Below are positions 38,018 to 48,766 of a stretch of 64,000 nucleotides of DNA, in pieces; position 1 is the stretch's first letter; every line of letters starts with the position of its first letter. The stretch spans positions 181,959-245,958 of the forward strand of contig CAVRDX010000004.1 in assembly GCA_963719945.1 (NCBI GenBank). Reading direction: 5' to 3'. The notes below the pieces were generated by a model that made no database searches, was not told the origin of the DNA, and saw nothing but the letters and a program-made list of their open reading frames with translations. A program made the translations under genes and the position numbers. Origin of the DNA: an uncultured Thermoplasmata archaeon (GTDB lineage: Archaea; Thermoplasmatota; Thermoplasmata; UBA10834).

Positions 38018-38135
38018 GAAAATCAGACGTTCGCACAGCTGTGACTCTGCCTGATATAGGATAATGACCCATCCAAATTGGATGGATTAAGGGATTCAAA
38101 TAAGAGGTTTGAAAGAACAGTGGTGAAGGGGGGTT

Positions 38136-38441
38136 TCAGCCGAAGAGCGCGCTAAGACCAGCTGCTGCCTCTTCCTCAGAGACTCCCTTTTCCTCTTTCT
38201 CTTCTTTCTTTTCTTCCTTCTTGTCGGCGGGTCCAGCAGCTGGTGCCGCAGCGGCCATTGGTGCAGCGACTGCAGTTGCGATCGCTTCGTCTATGTTGAC
38301 ACCATCGAGGGCCGCGGTCAATGCCTTGACGCGTGTCGCGTCTGGCGTGACACCGGCGGCCTTCAGGACGCTTGTTATGTTCTCTTCGGTCACCGGCTTC
38401 TTCGCCGCGTGCAGGACCATCGCGCTGTACACATACTCCAT
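38136..38441 (-). CDS. rpl12: 50S ribosomal stalk protein P1 (L12)
   Basis: [11 protein letters not shown], Ala-rich hinge, [10 protein letters not shown]. Confidence 0.97.
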   Translation of the reverse strand: MEYVYSAMVLHAAKKPVTEENITSVLKAAGVTPDATRVKALTAALDGVNIDEAIATAVAAPMAAAAPAAGPADKKEEKKEEKEEKGVSEEEAAAGLSALFG

Positions 38442-38462
38442 TCTTCTGCCTCCTTACATCGA

Positions 38463-39470
38463 TTATCCGAATAGTGCCCCGAGGCCGGCCGCAGCCTCAT
38501 CCTCAGAGACCTTCTCTTCCTTCTTGTCCTCTTTCTTCTCCTTCTTGCCATCATCGGACTTCGGCTCTGATGGCTTAGGGGCTGCGCTCAGTATGCCCTT
38601 GAGCTCGTCGTCCAACCCCTCAGTGGGGACCTTGGACGCGAGGGACAACATCTGGGCGTTCGCCTTCGACAACATGAGCTTGATAGTCTCCTCATTCGCT
38701 ATGTTCGCGTTGACTGCGAGGTTCAACGCGTTCATATGTGCCTTCGAAAGCATCGGTCTGATAGATACCGTAGTCGGGAAGGATACGAAGACTGCCAGGT
38801 TGAGGGCGCCGGCCGCAGCCTGCTTCACCATTGAAAGGTATGCCTCATCATCGATCGCGAGGACGTCCTTGCCGTATACAATACCGTTCTCGAATGCTGC
38901 GTGGAGATCGAGGCCCACAGTCATTGGGTATATCTCCAGCTTCGAGAGGACGAGTGCGACATCCCTGGATATCGTCTCGCCCTTCTTCACCAGTACCTTG
39001 TCCTTCTTGATGACCACTTTCCCCTGCTCGATTGCCGCAGGAAGTCCTGCCTTCTGCAGGTCTCCCACGATCGGGCCGGGCTTGAATGGCGTGTCGCCAG
39101 CCTTGATCTCGATGTCCTCTGGGGATATCTCCCCTCCCTTCGCGGGCATCTTGGTCTTGGTGGCGTCCAACTGCTTGAACAATTTGAATGGATTGAGTGA
39201 GGATATGACTACCGCGCACTGTCCGTCGACAGCATCGGTGAGCTTTTCGACCCCCTTGATCTGCTTCCCCACATCCTGCAGGGCCAGCTTCATCAAGGAG
39301 TTCTTGAGCATCATTATCTCGGCCGAGTCACGCAGGTTCGCCCTGATCGTCTGGAAAGCAGGCGCGGGAACCCCGTGTATGTCGACCACGCCGATGACCT
39401 TGCCCTTTGCTATCCTGGCGGATAGTTCGGCGACGGCCTGCTTCTTCTGACCTGCAACGTGCGCCGTCAT
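38463..39470 (-). CDS. rpl10: 50S ribosomal protein uL10 (P0)
   Basis: AGDTPFKPGP, C-terminal AAAGLGALFG. Confidence 0.96.
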   Translation of the reverse strand: MTAHVAGQKKQAVAELSARIAKGKVIGVVDIHGVPAPAFQTIRANLRDSAEIMMLKNSLMKLALQDVGKQIKGVEKLTDAVDGQCAVVISSLNPFKLFKQLDATKTKMPAKGGEISPEDIEIKAGDTPFKPGPIVGDLQKAGLPAAIEQGKVVIKKDKVLVKKGETISRDVALVLSKLEIYPMTVGLDLHAAFENGIVYGKDVLAIDDEAYLSMVKQAAAGALNLAVFVSFPTTVSIRPMLSKAHMNALNLAVNANIANEETIKLMLSKANAQMLSLASKVPTEGLDDELKGILSAAPKPSEPKSDDGKKEKKEDKKEEKVSEDEAAAGLGALFG

Positions 39471-39471
39471 C

Positions 39472-40110
39472 TCATATCACCTTGAATGAAGGGCCCATGG
39501 TCGTTTTGACATAGGCCGATCGGATGTTCATCTTGCCTCTCTCCAGCTTGGATGTCAGCCTCTTGATCACCGCATCGAGGTTCTCAGCGAGCTGTTCTGG
39601 AGTCATCTCCTTCGTTCCGATTGGCAGGTGAAAGGTCTTCTTGTCCCTCGTCCTGACGGTGACGCTCACCTTCAGCTTCTCTATGACCGTCTTCGGGTCC
39701 GAGCCTGGCGGGATCGGCTTCGGCATCTTGCCCCTGGGGGCGAGGATTATACCTAGCCTCTTACCGATCGTGGGCATCAGAGGTGCTTCGGCTACGAAGA
39801 AATCGTTCGCCCTGGCGAACTTCTTCGCCTTCGTCTTGTCCTTGGCTATCTCCTCGATCTCCTCTGGTTGTACGATTGCATCGGCGACGCCTTTGGCCTT
39901 CACTGCCATCTCAGAACCGCCGAATACGCCGACCTTGACCTCTCTCCCACGTCCGTGCGGGAGCATGACCTCCTCTTGTATCCTGTTCTTCGGATTGCTG
40001 AGGTCAATGTCCTTCAGGTTTATCGCGAGCTCGACCGATTCTACAAAATTCCTTTTCTTGGACTCGGCCTGAAGCTTCTTCATGATTTCAATCAGATGTT
40101 GGTCTACCAC
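39472..40110 (-). CDS. rpl1: 50S ribosomal protein uL1
   Basis: RNFVESVELAINL, LAPRGKMP, YVKTTMGP. Confidence 0.97.
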   Translation of the reverse strand: MVDQHLIEIMKKLQAESKKRNFVESVELAINLKDIDLSNPKNRIQEEVMLPHGRGREVKVGVFGGSEMAVKAKGVADAIVQPEEIEEIAKDKTKAKKFARANDFFVAEAPLMPTIGKRLGIILAPRGKMPKPIPPGSDPKTVIEKLKVSVTVRTRDKKTFHLPIGTKEMTPEQLAENLDAVIKRLTSKLERGKMNIRSAYVKTTMGPSFKVI

Positions 40111-40124
40111 TGTGAACCCTCCGC

Positions 40125-40157
40125 TGTAGTCCCTGCGAGCACGAAAGCTCTCCTACA
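40125..40157 (-). promoter_or_regulatory. Putative uL1-binding autoregulatory mRNA leader
   Basis: Minus-strand hairpin TGTAG-GA-GAGC-TTTCGT-GCTC-GCAGGGA-CTACA directly 5' of the rpl1 RBS; asymmetric internal loop resembles L1 binding sites. Confidence 0.6.
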
Positions 40158-40323
40158 TGCCTAGGGAAATGAGCGAATGACGAATTGGTTTATAAGCCTT
40201 TCGTGTCCCCAATGTCGCCATCTGGCGACTGGCTAGAATCAGTCGGGGCTCTTCATGGCATCATCAGGCAAATGATTTAACGCTGCCGAGGCAATGCATA
40301 GCATGCCTTGGAGGGCGAGCAGG

Positions 40324-41727
40324 TTGGTTCGGAGGATAGTGATAGTCGGCGCTGGTTGCGGCGGGGGTACGGCTGCCCAATTCGCGAGGAAGACGGACCG
40401 TGTGGCCGAGATTACAATGATAGAGCGAGAGAACTATCCACAGTATTCTCGTTGCGGTCTACCCTATGGCATATCCGGGGTCATACCGGAGCTTACGAAC
40501 CTGATCGAGGCACCCGAGGAGCGATTGAAGAAGAACAGGATAGGTCTCATGCTCGGCACCGAGGTCACTTCCGTTGATCCAGGATCAAAAGTGGTCCACG
40601 CTAGGAAGTCCGATGGTGAGGGGGTCGAACTCCCTTACGACAGCCTGATCTTGGCGACGGGCGCGATGGCTTGGGTGCCAAACATCAAGGGCGCGTTCAA
40701 GGAAGGCAGCGAGGAGTTGAAGCAGGGCGTCTTCGTACTTCGGACGATCGAGGATGCCAGGGGGATACAATCCCTGGCGTCCAAAGGCAAGCGAGCAGTG
40801 GTCGTGGGTGCGGGCCTGGTCGGGTTGGAGGTGGCAGAGGCCCTCATGGTCCGCGGATGCAAGGTGACCATAATCGAGTACCTGTCAAACTGCATACTCG
40901 CGATGGTCGATGATGACATGGCCCAGATGATGGCCGATGCCATCAGGCGACATGATGTGAAGATGTTCAACGAGTTCGAGGTCACCGAGATACTTGGCGA
41001 TGACCACGCGAACTGTGTGGTCGCAGTCGACCGTAAGACCAAGGAGGAGCGGACGTTCTACGCCGATGTGATAGTCATAGCCACCGGCCAGAGGGGAGAG
41101 ACCAAACTGGCCAAGCAGGTCGGGTGCGATGTCGGGGACACCAAGCAGATCGTCGTTGATGACAGGTGCGAGACATGCATGAAAGGCGTCTTCTCCGTTG
41201 GTGATTGCACGGAGTATCCTGATCTGATAACTGGAAAGCCGACCGTGAGCGGATTGGGCACGATAGCCGTCAAGATGGCCATGGTGGCCGGCATCAACGC
41301 CGCGGGAGGGGACGAGAGGCTGCCGAAAGGTTTCCTGCAGACTAGGGCAACGGAACCTTTCGGATGTCAGGTGGCTGCAGTTGGGCCAACATCCGCGCAG
41401 CTGGAGCAGCACGGCATCAAGCCGATCATCGGCAAGGTCCGAGGGTTCACGTTGCCAGACTACTATCCTGGCCGGAAGGAAATATACGTCAAAGTCCTCG
41501 CACACCCGGACGATGGGAAGATACTGGGCGCTCAGATAGTCGGGGAGGACAGGGTTCACATGCGGGTTAACGCGTACGCAGTCGCCCTACAGGCGGGCAT
41601 GACGGTGCACGAGTTCGCGCAGCTGGAGACCGCATATTGTCCTCCCGCAGCGCCAACCATGGACGTGATCACGATCGCATGCGAGGCTGTCAGACTTAAG
41701 CTCGCCAGAGGCGCAGCTAAGAGTTGA
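40324..41727 (+). CDS. FAD-dependent NADH oxidase / CoA-disulfide reductase family protein
   Basis: GAGCGGG, YSRCGLPY redox Cys, GAGLVGLE, GDC, ETAYCPP. Confidence 0.9.
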   Translation: MVRRIVIVGAGCGGGTAAQFARKTDRVAEITMIERENYPQYSRCGLPYGISGVIPELTNLIEAPEERLKKNRIGLMLGTEVTSVDPGSKVVHARKSDGEGVELPYDSLILATGAMAWVPNIKGAFKEGSEELKQGVFVLRTIEDARGIQSLASKGKRAVVVGAGLVGLEVAEALMVRGCKVTIIEYLSNCILAMVDDDMAQMMADAIRRHDVKMFNEFEVTEILGDDHANCVVAVDRKTKEERTFYADVIVIATGQRGETKLAKQVGCDVGDTKQIVVDDRCETCMKGVFSVGDCTEYPDLITGKPTVSGLGTIAVKMAMVAGINAAGGDERLPKGFLQTRATEPFGCQVAAVGPTSAQLEQHGIKPIIGKVRGFTLPDYYPGRKEIYVKVLAHPDDGKILGAQIVGEDRVHMRVNAYAVALQAGMTVHEFAQLETAYCPPAAPTMDVITIACEAVRLKLARGAAKS

Positions 41728-41752
41728 CACTCCCTACATGAGCCAGGTGGTC

Positions 41753-42226
41753 TTAGAAAACGCCCGCGTAGCCGCCAGCGTCCATTTCCTTAATGAGGTC
41801 CTTGGGGTCCTTGCCATCCACGGTCACTCCCATGGACACGCATGTTCCGACGACCTCTCTGAACCTGGACTTCTTGTCCTTGCCCAGCATCGAGTCCTTC
41901 TTCATCTCTGCGATCTTCAGAGCCTGCTGGATGCTCAGGTTGCCGACCTTGGTCGACTTGGGGCTGCCGCTCCCCTTCTCGATCTTGATCTCCTTCAAGA
42001 TCAGCGCGGTCGTGGGCGGCGTACCAACCTTGATCTCAAAACCCTTCGTCTTGGGATCGACGGTGAGTGTGATTGGCACTTTCATGCCTGCGAAAGCCTT
42101 CGTCTTCTCGTTGATTGCGTTTACTACCTGTATCACGTTGACTCCCATTGGACCGAGCGCCGGACCAAGTGGTGGTCCAGGTGTTGCTTTTCCCCCGTCC
42201 ACTAGGACTTCGAGTTTCTCTGCCAT
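41753..42226 (-). CDS. rpl11: 50S ribosomal protein uL11
   Basis: [24 protein letters not shown]. Confidence 0.97.
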   Translation of the reverse strand: MAEKLEVLVDGGKATPGPPLGPALGPMGVNVIQVVNAINEKTKAFAGMKVPITLTVDPKTKGFEIKVGTPPTTALILKEIKIEKGSGSPKSTKVGNLSIQQALKIAEMKKDSMLGKDKKSRFREVVGTCVSMGVTVDGKDPKDLIKEMDAGGYAGVF

Positions 42227-42231
42227 TGAGC

Positions 42232-43149
42232 TCACTTCTCCTTTTCAAGAACTCGGACGTGGTCTCCCCGTATCGTCACCGGGATCGGGACCATCGCCTC
42301 GAATAGTTCGACTGTTATCTCTTCCTTGTTCTGATCGATCTGCTGGACCCTGGCCTTCTCACCCTTGAACGGTCCAGCTATGAGTTCGACTATGTCTCCC
42401 TCGACTATGCCGGCCACGATCGGCTTCGGCGTCAGGAAGTGCTCGATCTCGGCGAAGGTGGTCTCTCCCTTGACCATGCCTCTCGTACGCCTTACTCCCT
42501 TCACCACTTCCCTGAGGGCGTCCGTGTTCATCGCCTCGACGAAGACGTAGCCCCGGATAGTCGCCGGCGACAGGATCGCGAACACTCCCATCGGCTTCGG
42601 TTTCGCTCTGCTGGCGATGGAGTCTGCGACCGTCTTCTCGTGACCTATGGATGTCTTGACTGCCAGGATCGACTGTCTGGCCGTGGCCTGAATCGTGACG
42701 ACGTCGTTGACGCCAGGATCGTCCTTCAGAGCCGCGCTGATCAGCACGGTCACCTTGTCTCCGAACCTAGCACCAGAAGGCGAGTTGATCCTCAGGGTGA
42801 AGTTCTTCTCCTCGCCAGGCATGATGTCGAAAGAGGCTTCGTTGGTCTGATCGGCCGTTGGCGTGTTCTCCCAGACAACACCCACCGCGTCGTAGAGTTT
42901 GACGAACCATTCCGGTGAGCCTTCCTCGGTCGCGGAGAAGACAGTATCGATCTTCAAAGAAACCGAATGAGTCTGCCCGTCGTCCATGATTTTCAGGTTC
43001 ATCTCGCACTCGGTCGAATCGCCCGATGGGACCGACCTCTTGGTCTCCCCTTGGATGACGAACTGCAGATTCTTCGAGCCAGATGGTGCAGGGCGGTGCT
43101 CCTCCTTCTTCGGCTCCTGCTTTTTTGGATTTACATCAAACAATCCCAA
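42232..43149 (-). CDS. spt5: Transcription elongation factor Spt5 (NGN+KOW) with a roughly 155-aa N-terminal extra domain
   Basis: [32 protein letters not shown]; start inferred at TTG 43149 after GAGGG. Confidence 0.9.
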   Translation of the reverse strand: MGLFDVNPKKQEPKKEEHRPAPSGSKNLQFVIQGETKRSVPSGDSTECEMNLKIMDDGQTHSVSLKIDTVFSATEEGSPEWFVKLYDAVGVVWENTPTADQTNEASFDIMPGEEKNFTLRINSPSGARFGDKVTVLISAALKDDPGVNDVVTIQATARQSILAVKTSIGHEKTVADSIASRAKPKPMGVFAILSPATIRGYVFVEAMNTDALREVVKGVRRTRGMVKGETTFAEIEHFLTPKPIVAGIVEGDIVELIAGPFKGEKARVQQIDQNKEEITVELFEAMVPIPVTIRGDHVRVLEKEK

Positions 43150-43183
43150 AATAATCCCTCGTATCTCATAGTGTGCTGAAACC

Positions 43184-43423
43184 TCAGCTGAACGCCTTGA
43201 CAATCATATCGGAACCGTATTCGAATATCCAATAGATCAGGAACCCCAGCCCTCCGATCAGTACCAGTCCTATGGCGACTGTCTGAGTGACCTTGATGTA
43301 CTCCTCACCTGTCGGCTTGCGCGCCATCTTCAGCACTCTGCCGTACTTGCCCTTTCCGACATGCTTGGTCTTCTCCTCGATCTTCCTCTGAAGATCCCAG
43401 GATTTGTCAACTATGTCTGCCAT
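43184..43423 (-). CDS. secE: Protein translocase SecE/Sec61-gamma
   Basis: YGRVLKMARKPT.EEY followed by one TM helix. Confidence 0.93.
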   Translation of the reverse strand: MADIVDKSWDLQRKIEEKTKHVGKGKYGRVLKMARKPTGEEYIKVTQTVAIGLVLIGGLGFLIYWIFEYGSDMIVKAFS

Positions 43424-43445
43424 CTTGTTCCTATCCTATTCACAT

Positions 43446-44549
43446 CTACTTGATGAAATCCAGCCCCATCGCCTCGTTCTTCCTGTTCTTCTTGGGGCCC
43501 AGGATGTGCCTGGATTTCACTCCGGTTATGACGACCATGACCCTCACAGTCCTTTCGAGGGTCTCATCGATGGCCGCACCCCAGATGATCCTCGCACCCG
43601 GGCTGATCTTAGATTGGATGACTTCGGCGACCTGTTCGGCCTCGCTCACGGTCATGTCGGAGCCTCCCGTGACATTGACGAGCGCTGCGGTCGCTTCTGA
43701 TATGTCCAGCTCTATCAACGGTGAGTTGATTGCTTCGGTGACCGCTGCCACAGCCCTGTCGTCGTCGTCCGACTCGCCCAGTCCTATCATGGCGACTCCG
43801 CCAGCCTTCATGACGGTCTTGATATCGTTGAAATCCAGGTTTACCAGTCCGGGTTTTGTGACTATTTCCGTGATGCCCTTTATGGACCTCATCAGGACCT
43901 CGTCCGCTACCTTGAACGCCGCGTTGAGGGATAGCTTGGGGACGATCTCCAGTAGCTTGTCGTTAGGTATCACAATGACTGTGTCCGCGACGCTCCTGAG
44001 CCTGTCCAATCCCCATTCCGCATTCTCGGCCCTTATCGAGCCTTCCGCCTGGAACGGGTATGTGCATATTGCGATCGTGAGCGCTCCGCACTCCTTCGCC
44101 ACCTGAGCGACGAACGGTGCAGAACCGGTCCCGGTACCGCCACCGAGTCCGCATGTGATGAATACTATATCAGCTCCGACGACGGATTTCTTGATCTCTT
44201 CCTCCGCCTCCCTGGCAGCCTCCTCGCCGACCTGCGGCAAGGCGCCCGCCCCGAGCCCTCTGGTGACACGCCTTCCGAGGAGTATCTTGTGTGGTGCGCG
44301 CGTCATCAGGAGGTGCTGAGCGTCTGTGTTAGCAGCGTACAGTTCAGCTCCGATGATGCCCGCCTCGGCAAGCCTGTTTATCGTGTTGGAGCCGCCGCCA
44401 CCGCAGCCGAAGATCCTGATTGTGGTCTTCAGACCTTGCAGTATCTTCTGCAACTCCTCATCTTCCGCCGTGAAGGATTGGAAACCTTCCGGTCTCTTCA
44501 TCTGATTTTCTTCAATTGCTATGAGGGCACTGTCGACGAGGGACTTCAT
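43446..44549 (-). CDS. ftsZ: Cell division protein FtsZ (FtsZ1-type, copy b)
   Basis: [27 protein letters not shown]. Confidence 0.96.
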   Translation of the reverse strand: MKSLVDSALIAIEENQMKRPEGFQSFTAEDEELQKILQGLKTTIRIFGCGGGGSNTINRLAEAGIIGAELYAANTDAQHLLMTRAPHKILLGRRVTRGLGAGALPQVGEEAAREAEEEIKKSVVGADIVFITCGLGGGTGTGSAPFVAQVAKECGALTIAICTYPFQAEGSIRAENAEWGLDRLRSVADTVIVIPNDKLLEIVPKLSLNAAFKVADEVLMRSIKGITEIVTKPGLVNLDFNDIKTVMKAGGVAMIGLGESDDDDRAVAAVTEAINSPLIELDISEATAALVNVTGGSDMTVSEAEQVAEVIQSKISPGARIIWGAAIDETLERTVRVMVVITGVKSRHILGPKKNRKNEAMGLDFIK

Positions 44550-44676
44550 CTCGGGCCTCCGTGGCATTGTACACGTATAGTGAACGTGACAAAGTGGCAA
44601 CGGCGAGCCAAGCTCACCGGTTGAGTGGACCGTAGCTGATTGGGTATCTTAAACGTTTCGGAGATATTTTGGGGCG

Positions 44677-45798
44677 TCAGCGGACCAAATCCACCTCGCC
44701 GATGCCCTTGTATCTCTTCTCCGTCGGCTTCCCGAGTATCTGAGCCGACTTGACTCCCGTAGCAACTATCATGACCCGGACGGTCTTGTCCAAGGCAGGG
44801 TCCACCGCCGCTCCCCATATTATGCGGGCGTTCGGTCCCACACGCGCCTGTATCTCTTCCGCGGCGCGCTCCGCCTCTGATATCGTCATGTCCGTTCCAC
44901 CTATGACATCGATTAGCACGCCATTGGCCTCGCTTATGTCGACATCGAGGAGCGGTGAGTTGATCGCTTGTTCTATCGCTTCCATGATCCTATCGTCGCC
45001 GGGGGCATCCGATTCTCCGAGCCCGATCATTGCGACTCCGGCACCCTTCATTATGGTCTTGACATCGTTGAAGTCGAGGTTCACCAGACCCGGTCTCGTT
45101 ATGACCTCGGTGAGTCCCTTTATGGATCTCATCAAAACCTCATCTGCTACCTTGAACGCCGCGTTGAGTGAGAGTCTCGGGACGACCTCGAGCAGTTTGT
45201 CGTTGGGTATTACAATGACGGTGTCAGCGGCATCCCTGAGCTTGTCCAGCCCCCATTCCGCGTTCTCCATCCTCATCTTGCCTTCTCCCTTGAACGGGAG
45301 CGTGGCGACAGCGATGGTGAGTGCACCCATCTCCTTGGCCATGCGCGCGACGACGGATGCCGCGCCCGTCCCGGTACCGCCACCGAGACCGCAGGTGATG
45401 AAGCAGATGTGAGTGTCGGTGAGGATCTTCTTGAGCTCGTCCTCCGCCTCTCTCGCAGCCTCTTCACCTATCTGTGGGAGTGCACCTGCACCCAAGCCCC
45501 TCGTGACCCTGCGGCCCAAGAGGATCTTATGAGGTACCCTGAGAACGAGGAGATGTTGAGCATCCGTGTTGGCTGCGTACAGCTCCGCACCTATGATACC
45601 TTCATCATGAATCCTTGCAACAGTGTTGGTTCCACCTCCACCAACACCTATGATCTTGATGTTTGTCTTGAGACTCCGCAATATCTGCTCGAGCTCTGCG
45701 TCCACTCTTTGATCCTGACCCAGCATCCCCGCTTCGGCGATACCAGTCCCAGGGCTTGCCTCTCTTGCGATTGCGTCTTCGACGAGTGATCTCATCAT
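44677..45798 (-). CDS. ftsZ: Cell division protein FtsZ (FtsZ1-type, copy a)
   Basis: [22 protein letters not shown]. Confidence 0.96.
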   Translation of the reverse strand: MMRSLVEDAIAREASPGTGIAEAGMLGQDQRVDAELEQILRSLKTNIKIIGVGGGGTNTVARIHDEGIIGAELYAANTDAQHLLVLRVPHKILLGRRVTRGLGAGALPQIGEEAAREAEDELKKILTDTHICFITCGLGGGTGTGAASVVARMAKEMGALTIAVATLPFKGEGKMRMENAEWGLDKLRDAADTVIVIPNDKLLEVVPRLSLNAAFKVADEVLMRSIKGLTEVITRPGLVNLDFNDVKTIMKGAGVAMIGLGESDAPGDDRIMEAIEQAINSPLLDVDISEANGVLIDVIGGTDMTISEAERAAEEIQARVGPNARIIWGAAVDPALDKTVRVMIVATGVKSAQILGKPTEKRYKGIGEVDLVR

Positions 45799-46005
45799 GT
45801 TGTTTCACCCCTATCAGAGGCGACAGCGTCTGTCTCGCTACGCCACTGGCTAGTGCATCCCACGCGCGCGTCGCGTACGTGATAAAATCGCGATGTGAGT
45901 ATAAAAAATGTTCGCAAACTGATAGATGACCACAAGTGCCGACGATTCTCTCGCGGAGGTATATCGCGCGCAATCTTTTTCCAGAGATACATAGATTTGA
46001 TTTAA

Positions 46006-46281
46006 GTGAAGATACGCGCACACGTCGTTTTCGAAGGGCTCGTGCAGGGAGTGTTCTTCCGAGCGAACGCTCAGATATGCGCTCGACGCCACGGATTGAC
46101 TGGATGGGTCAGGAACTTGTCCGATGGGAGGGTGGAGGCAGTGTTCGAGGGCGATGAGGGATCGGTCGATTCGGCGATAGAGTGGTGCTCCAACAGGCAG
46201 CCGCACGCGAAGGTTGAGCGGAGCACGGTCGACAAGTCAGAACCGACCGGTGAGTACGGTGATTTCTCGATCACGCATTGA
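46006..46281 (+). CDS. acyP: Acylphosphatase
   Basis: GLVQGVFFR, GWVRNLSDGRVE. Confidence 0.94.
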   Translation: MKIRAHVVFEGLVQGVFFRANAQICARRHGLTGWVRNLSDGRVEAVFEGDEGSVDSAIEWCSNRQPHAKVERSTVDKSEPTGEYGDFSITH

Positions 46282-46287
46282 ACCGGA

Positions 46288-47475
46288 TCACTTGACGATG
46301 ATTATCGATGCGAGCGCGACCGCGGCGACGGTCATGCAGATCGAGGGGTCGGCCCCGACCAATAGCACTGCGATCAGGATCGCAATCCCGACACATTTGC
46401 CCGCGCTCAGATAGAATTCCCGGAGGAGCACACCCTTCTTCTTGAAACGCTCCAGCTTGTCGACCAGCATCGTGAATAGGAACGATGGTATCATGGCGAT
46501 CCAGAAGTACGCCAAGCTCATGGCTGACAGGTACTCTCCGGGCCCGTTCGAGTAAGCAGCGTACAATGTGCTTATGGCTCCGAATGCCGCTCCTATCCTG
46601 ACGATCGAAGTCCTGTCCTTCAGACGGTCCGACAGATAACCTAGCACTACGGTGGTCACCGCTCCCCAGAATGCAAACAGGGCGAGATAGCCGCTGAGAG
46701 TCACCTCGGATTTCGCGAACTCGAAGCTGATGAGCGGTACAAGCACCCAGAATATCCCGTCCTGTATCCCCTCGGCGAAGAGGGATGATTTGAGCCTCCA
46801 GCTCACCCCTTTCATGTCAAGGTCCACGTGCAGTTTCCCCACCAAGTTGACCTTCATCGACTGGAGCAGTTCAGGTATGATGATCCGTTGCCTCAGCTCT
46901 GTGAATACGCCGAAGCCGGATATGTAGACCAAGTTGCAGATTACGATGACCGCGGCAATGGCGAAGAGGACCTGGTACGAGCTGATCCCTATGATGAGTC
47001 CACCCGCGAGCGGAGCCGTGGTCGACACCAGCGGGAATATGAGGAAATATGCGCCCACTCCCGCACCTCTCTTCTTCCTCGAAGTTATGTGCATTATGAG
47101 CGCGTTGTAGGGTACCCAGAATGTGGCCATGTATGTCCCGAAGAAGATCGGTGGTATGAGTATCAGGTACCATCCTTCCAGGAACATTAGTAATATGTAG
47201 TATACGACGAGACAAACGAGCGCGGTCTCGATGGATGCAGGGAAACTGCGCATTATCGGTCTTGCCGCGAACGCTATCAAAGCGGTCGTCATGACCACGC
47301 TGACGAGGATGAACAGGGCGCATTGCTGATAGTCTGCCCCGCTCTTGTAGAGGTATATCAGGGCGAAGGCATTCGCCATCGTGTTGGATATGGCCACGAG
47401 AGTCTGCAGGATGATGAGCGAGCCATGCCTGTGAGACATCTCCAGGATGTAGTGTTTGAATTGAGAGCCCTGCAT
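46288..47475 (-). CDS. MFS-like transporter
   Basis: About 12 TM helices; GYLSDRLKDR. Confidence 0.8.
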   Translation of the reverse strand: MQGSQFKHYILEMSHRHGSLIILQTLVAISNTMANAFALIYLYKSGADYQQCALFILVSVVMTTALIAFAARPIMRSFPASIETALVCLVVYYILLMFLEGWYLILIPPIFFGTYMATFWVPYNALIMHITSRKKRGAGVGAYFLIFPLVSTTAPLAGGLIIGISSYQVLFAIAAVIVICNLVYISGFGVFTELRQRIIIPELLQSMKVNLVGKLHVDLDMKGVSWRLKSSLFAEGIQDGIFWVLVPLISFEFAKSEVTLSGYLALFAFWGAVTTVVLGYLSDRLKDRTSIVRIGAAFGAISTLYAAYSNGPGEYLSAMSLAYFWIAMIPSFLFTMLVDKLERFKKKGVLLREFYLSAGKCVGIAILIAVLLVGADPSICMTVAAVALASIIIVK

Positions 47476-47553
47476 GATATCACCTATCTCTCCGCCGACT
47501 GCCAATCGGTATCTGCCGCATGCTCAAATCAGTCTTTCTATCGCGACCCAACA

Positions 47554-48396
47554 TCACGCGAACGCTTTGCCATATACCTTGCGAGGGACATCGTTGTGTA
47601 TCCGATGGGCCGCCTCCTCGCTCATGATCCCCTTATCCATGAGAGCCTTCGTCCGCTTGGGCACCGTTCCGATCGCAAGGACTGCGCCTGGTCGTGACGA
47701 GTCGTCCAAGAAGTCCGTCTCGAGCATGAACCGATCTCCCTTTGACAACGCCACCTGGACCGCAGATTTCCCTGCAAGCACCGAGGGTACGAGTCCGAAG
47801 TTCTCGTCCTCCTGGATCAGGGGAGGCGAATAGTGCTTCACGACTCTGCCTGGTTCAAGGCCGACCGATTCCGCCATCTGGGCCAGCTCCTTCATGGATT
47901 CCGGGGTCGCTCCTTCCGTATGGAGTACGATCGCGCAGCCTGTGCGCCTAGCCAGCTGCATCCCATGGCGCAGGATATCGTTCGAGGCGTTCCAGACATC
48001 CGTGTCAACCGGGAAATGTGGTCGTCCAACCTCGCCTATCGCGAGGGCTTTTCCGTCGGCCACATATTCAGCGGCTATCTCCATGCCTTCCATCATGATC
48101 TGCTTGGCCGTCTCAAGCCCATATCTCCTCTGGAAACCAAGAAGCTCCACGGGATAGGGTCCGACCGTAGCGTACGCATGCAGCGAAGTCTCTTTGTTGA
48201 CCCTGTCCTTGACGTTCACGGTCACATCGAAGGCGGTCCTGAAATCATCCGCCTTTGACACCTTGATGTGATCGTATGGAAGATGCGAGATTATCAGATG
48301 AGTGCCGCCGAGCTTCTCGAACTCCTTTGCCGAATCCACATTCCTTCCTTTGATAGGCTCCAAATGGACGTGGTTATCGAGTATTGGTATGGCCAT
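47554..48396 (-). CDS. TatD-family metal-dependent hydrolase
   Basis: DNHVH, IGEVGRPHF, LHTE, ETDF.DD. Confidence 0.9.
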   Translation of the reverse strand: MAIPILDNHVHLEPIKGRNVDSAKEFEKLGGTHLIISHLPYDHIKVSKADDFRTAFDVTVNVKDRVNKETSLHAYATVGPYPVELLGFQRRYGLETAKQIMMEGMEIAAEYVADGKALAIGEVGRPHFPVDTDVWNASNDILRHGMQLARRTGCAIVLHTEGATPESMKELAQMAESVGLEPGRVVKHYSPPLIQEDENFGLVPSVLAGKSAVQVALSKGDRFMLETDFLDDSSRPGAVLAIGTVPKRTKALMDKGIMSEEAAHRIHNDVPRKVYGKAFA

Positions 48397-48411
48397 AGTG
48401 TCTGCTCTCGG

Positions 48412-48537
48412 TCACTTGAAGAGTCCCGCAGATTTCAATTCTTCTGTTATCTTTTCGACAGCGGCTTCGACACCCTCAGGCTTCCTTGCCCCAGTGCAGA
48501 TGAACTTGCCGCTTATGAAACGGGGTGTAGCTGTCTT
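48412..48537 (-). pseudogene. tbp: TATA-binding protein gene remnant (3' fragment)
   Basis: KTATPRFISGKFICTGARKPEGVEAAVEKITEELKSAGLFK* matches the end of a TBP repeat (F.SGK..CTGA); upstream sequence does not continue as TBP. Confidence 0.75.
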
Positions 48538-48766
48538 TCGCGACGATATCTGGCCTTCGTATCGTCTTTTGTCGGACCATGGGTCAGTTTGCGCACCCCA
48601 TCGTGCCATGCTCAAGCCTTTTTGTTGGTGGTCCATCTTCGACCGCGACGGGATCGCTGCTCATAGTCCTCGGGTCCATGCAACTTATTTATCAGCACAC
48701 TCCGTTCCCATTCCCTGCAGTTGGCCAGTCTAGCCTGCTGCGTTCGGGCATCAGAGGTGTTCGTGG

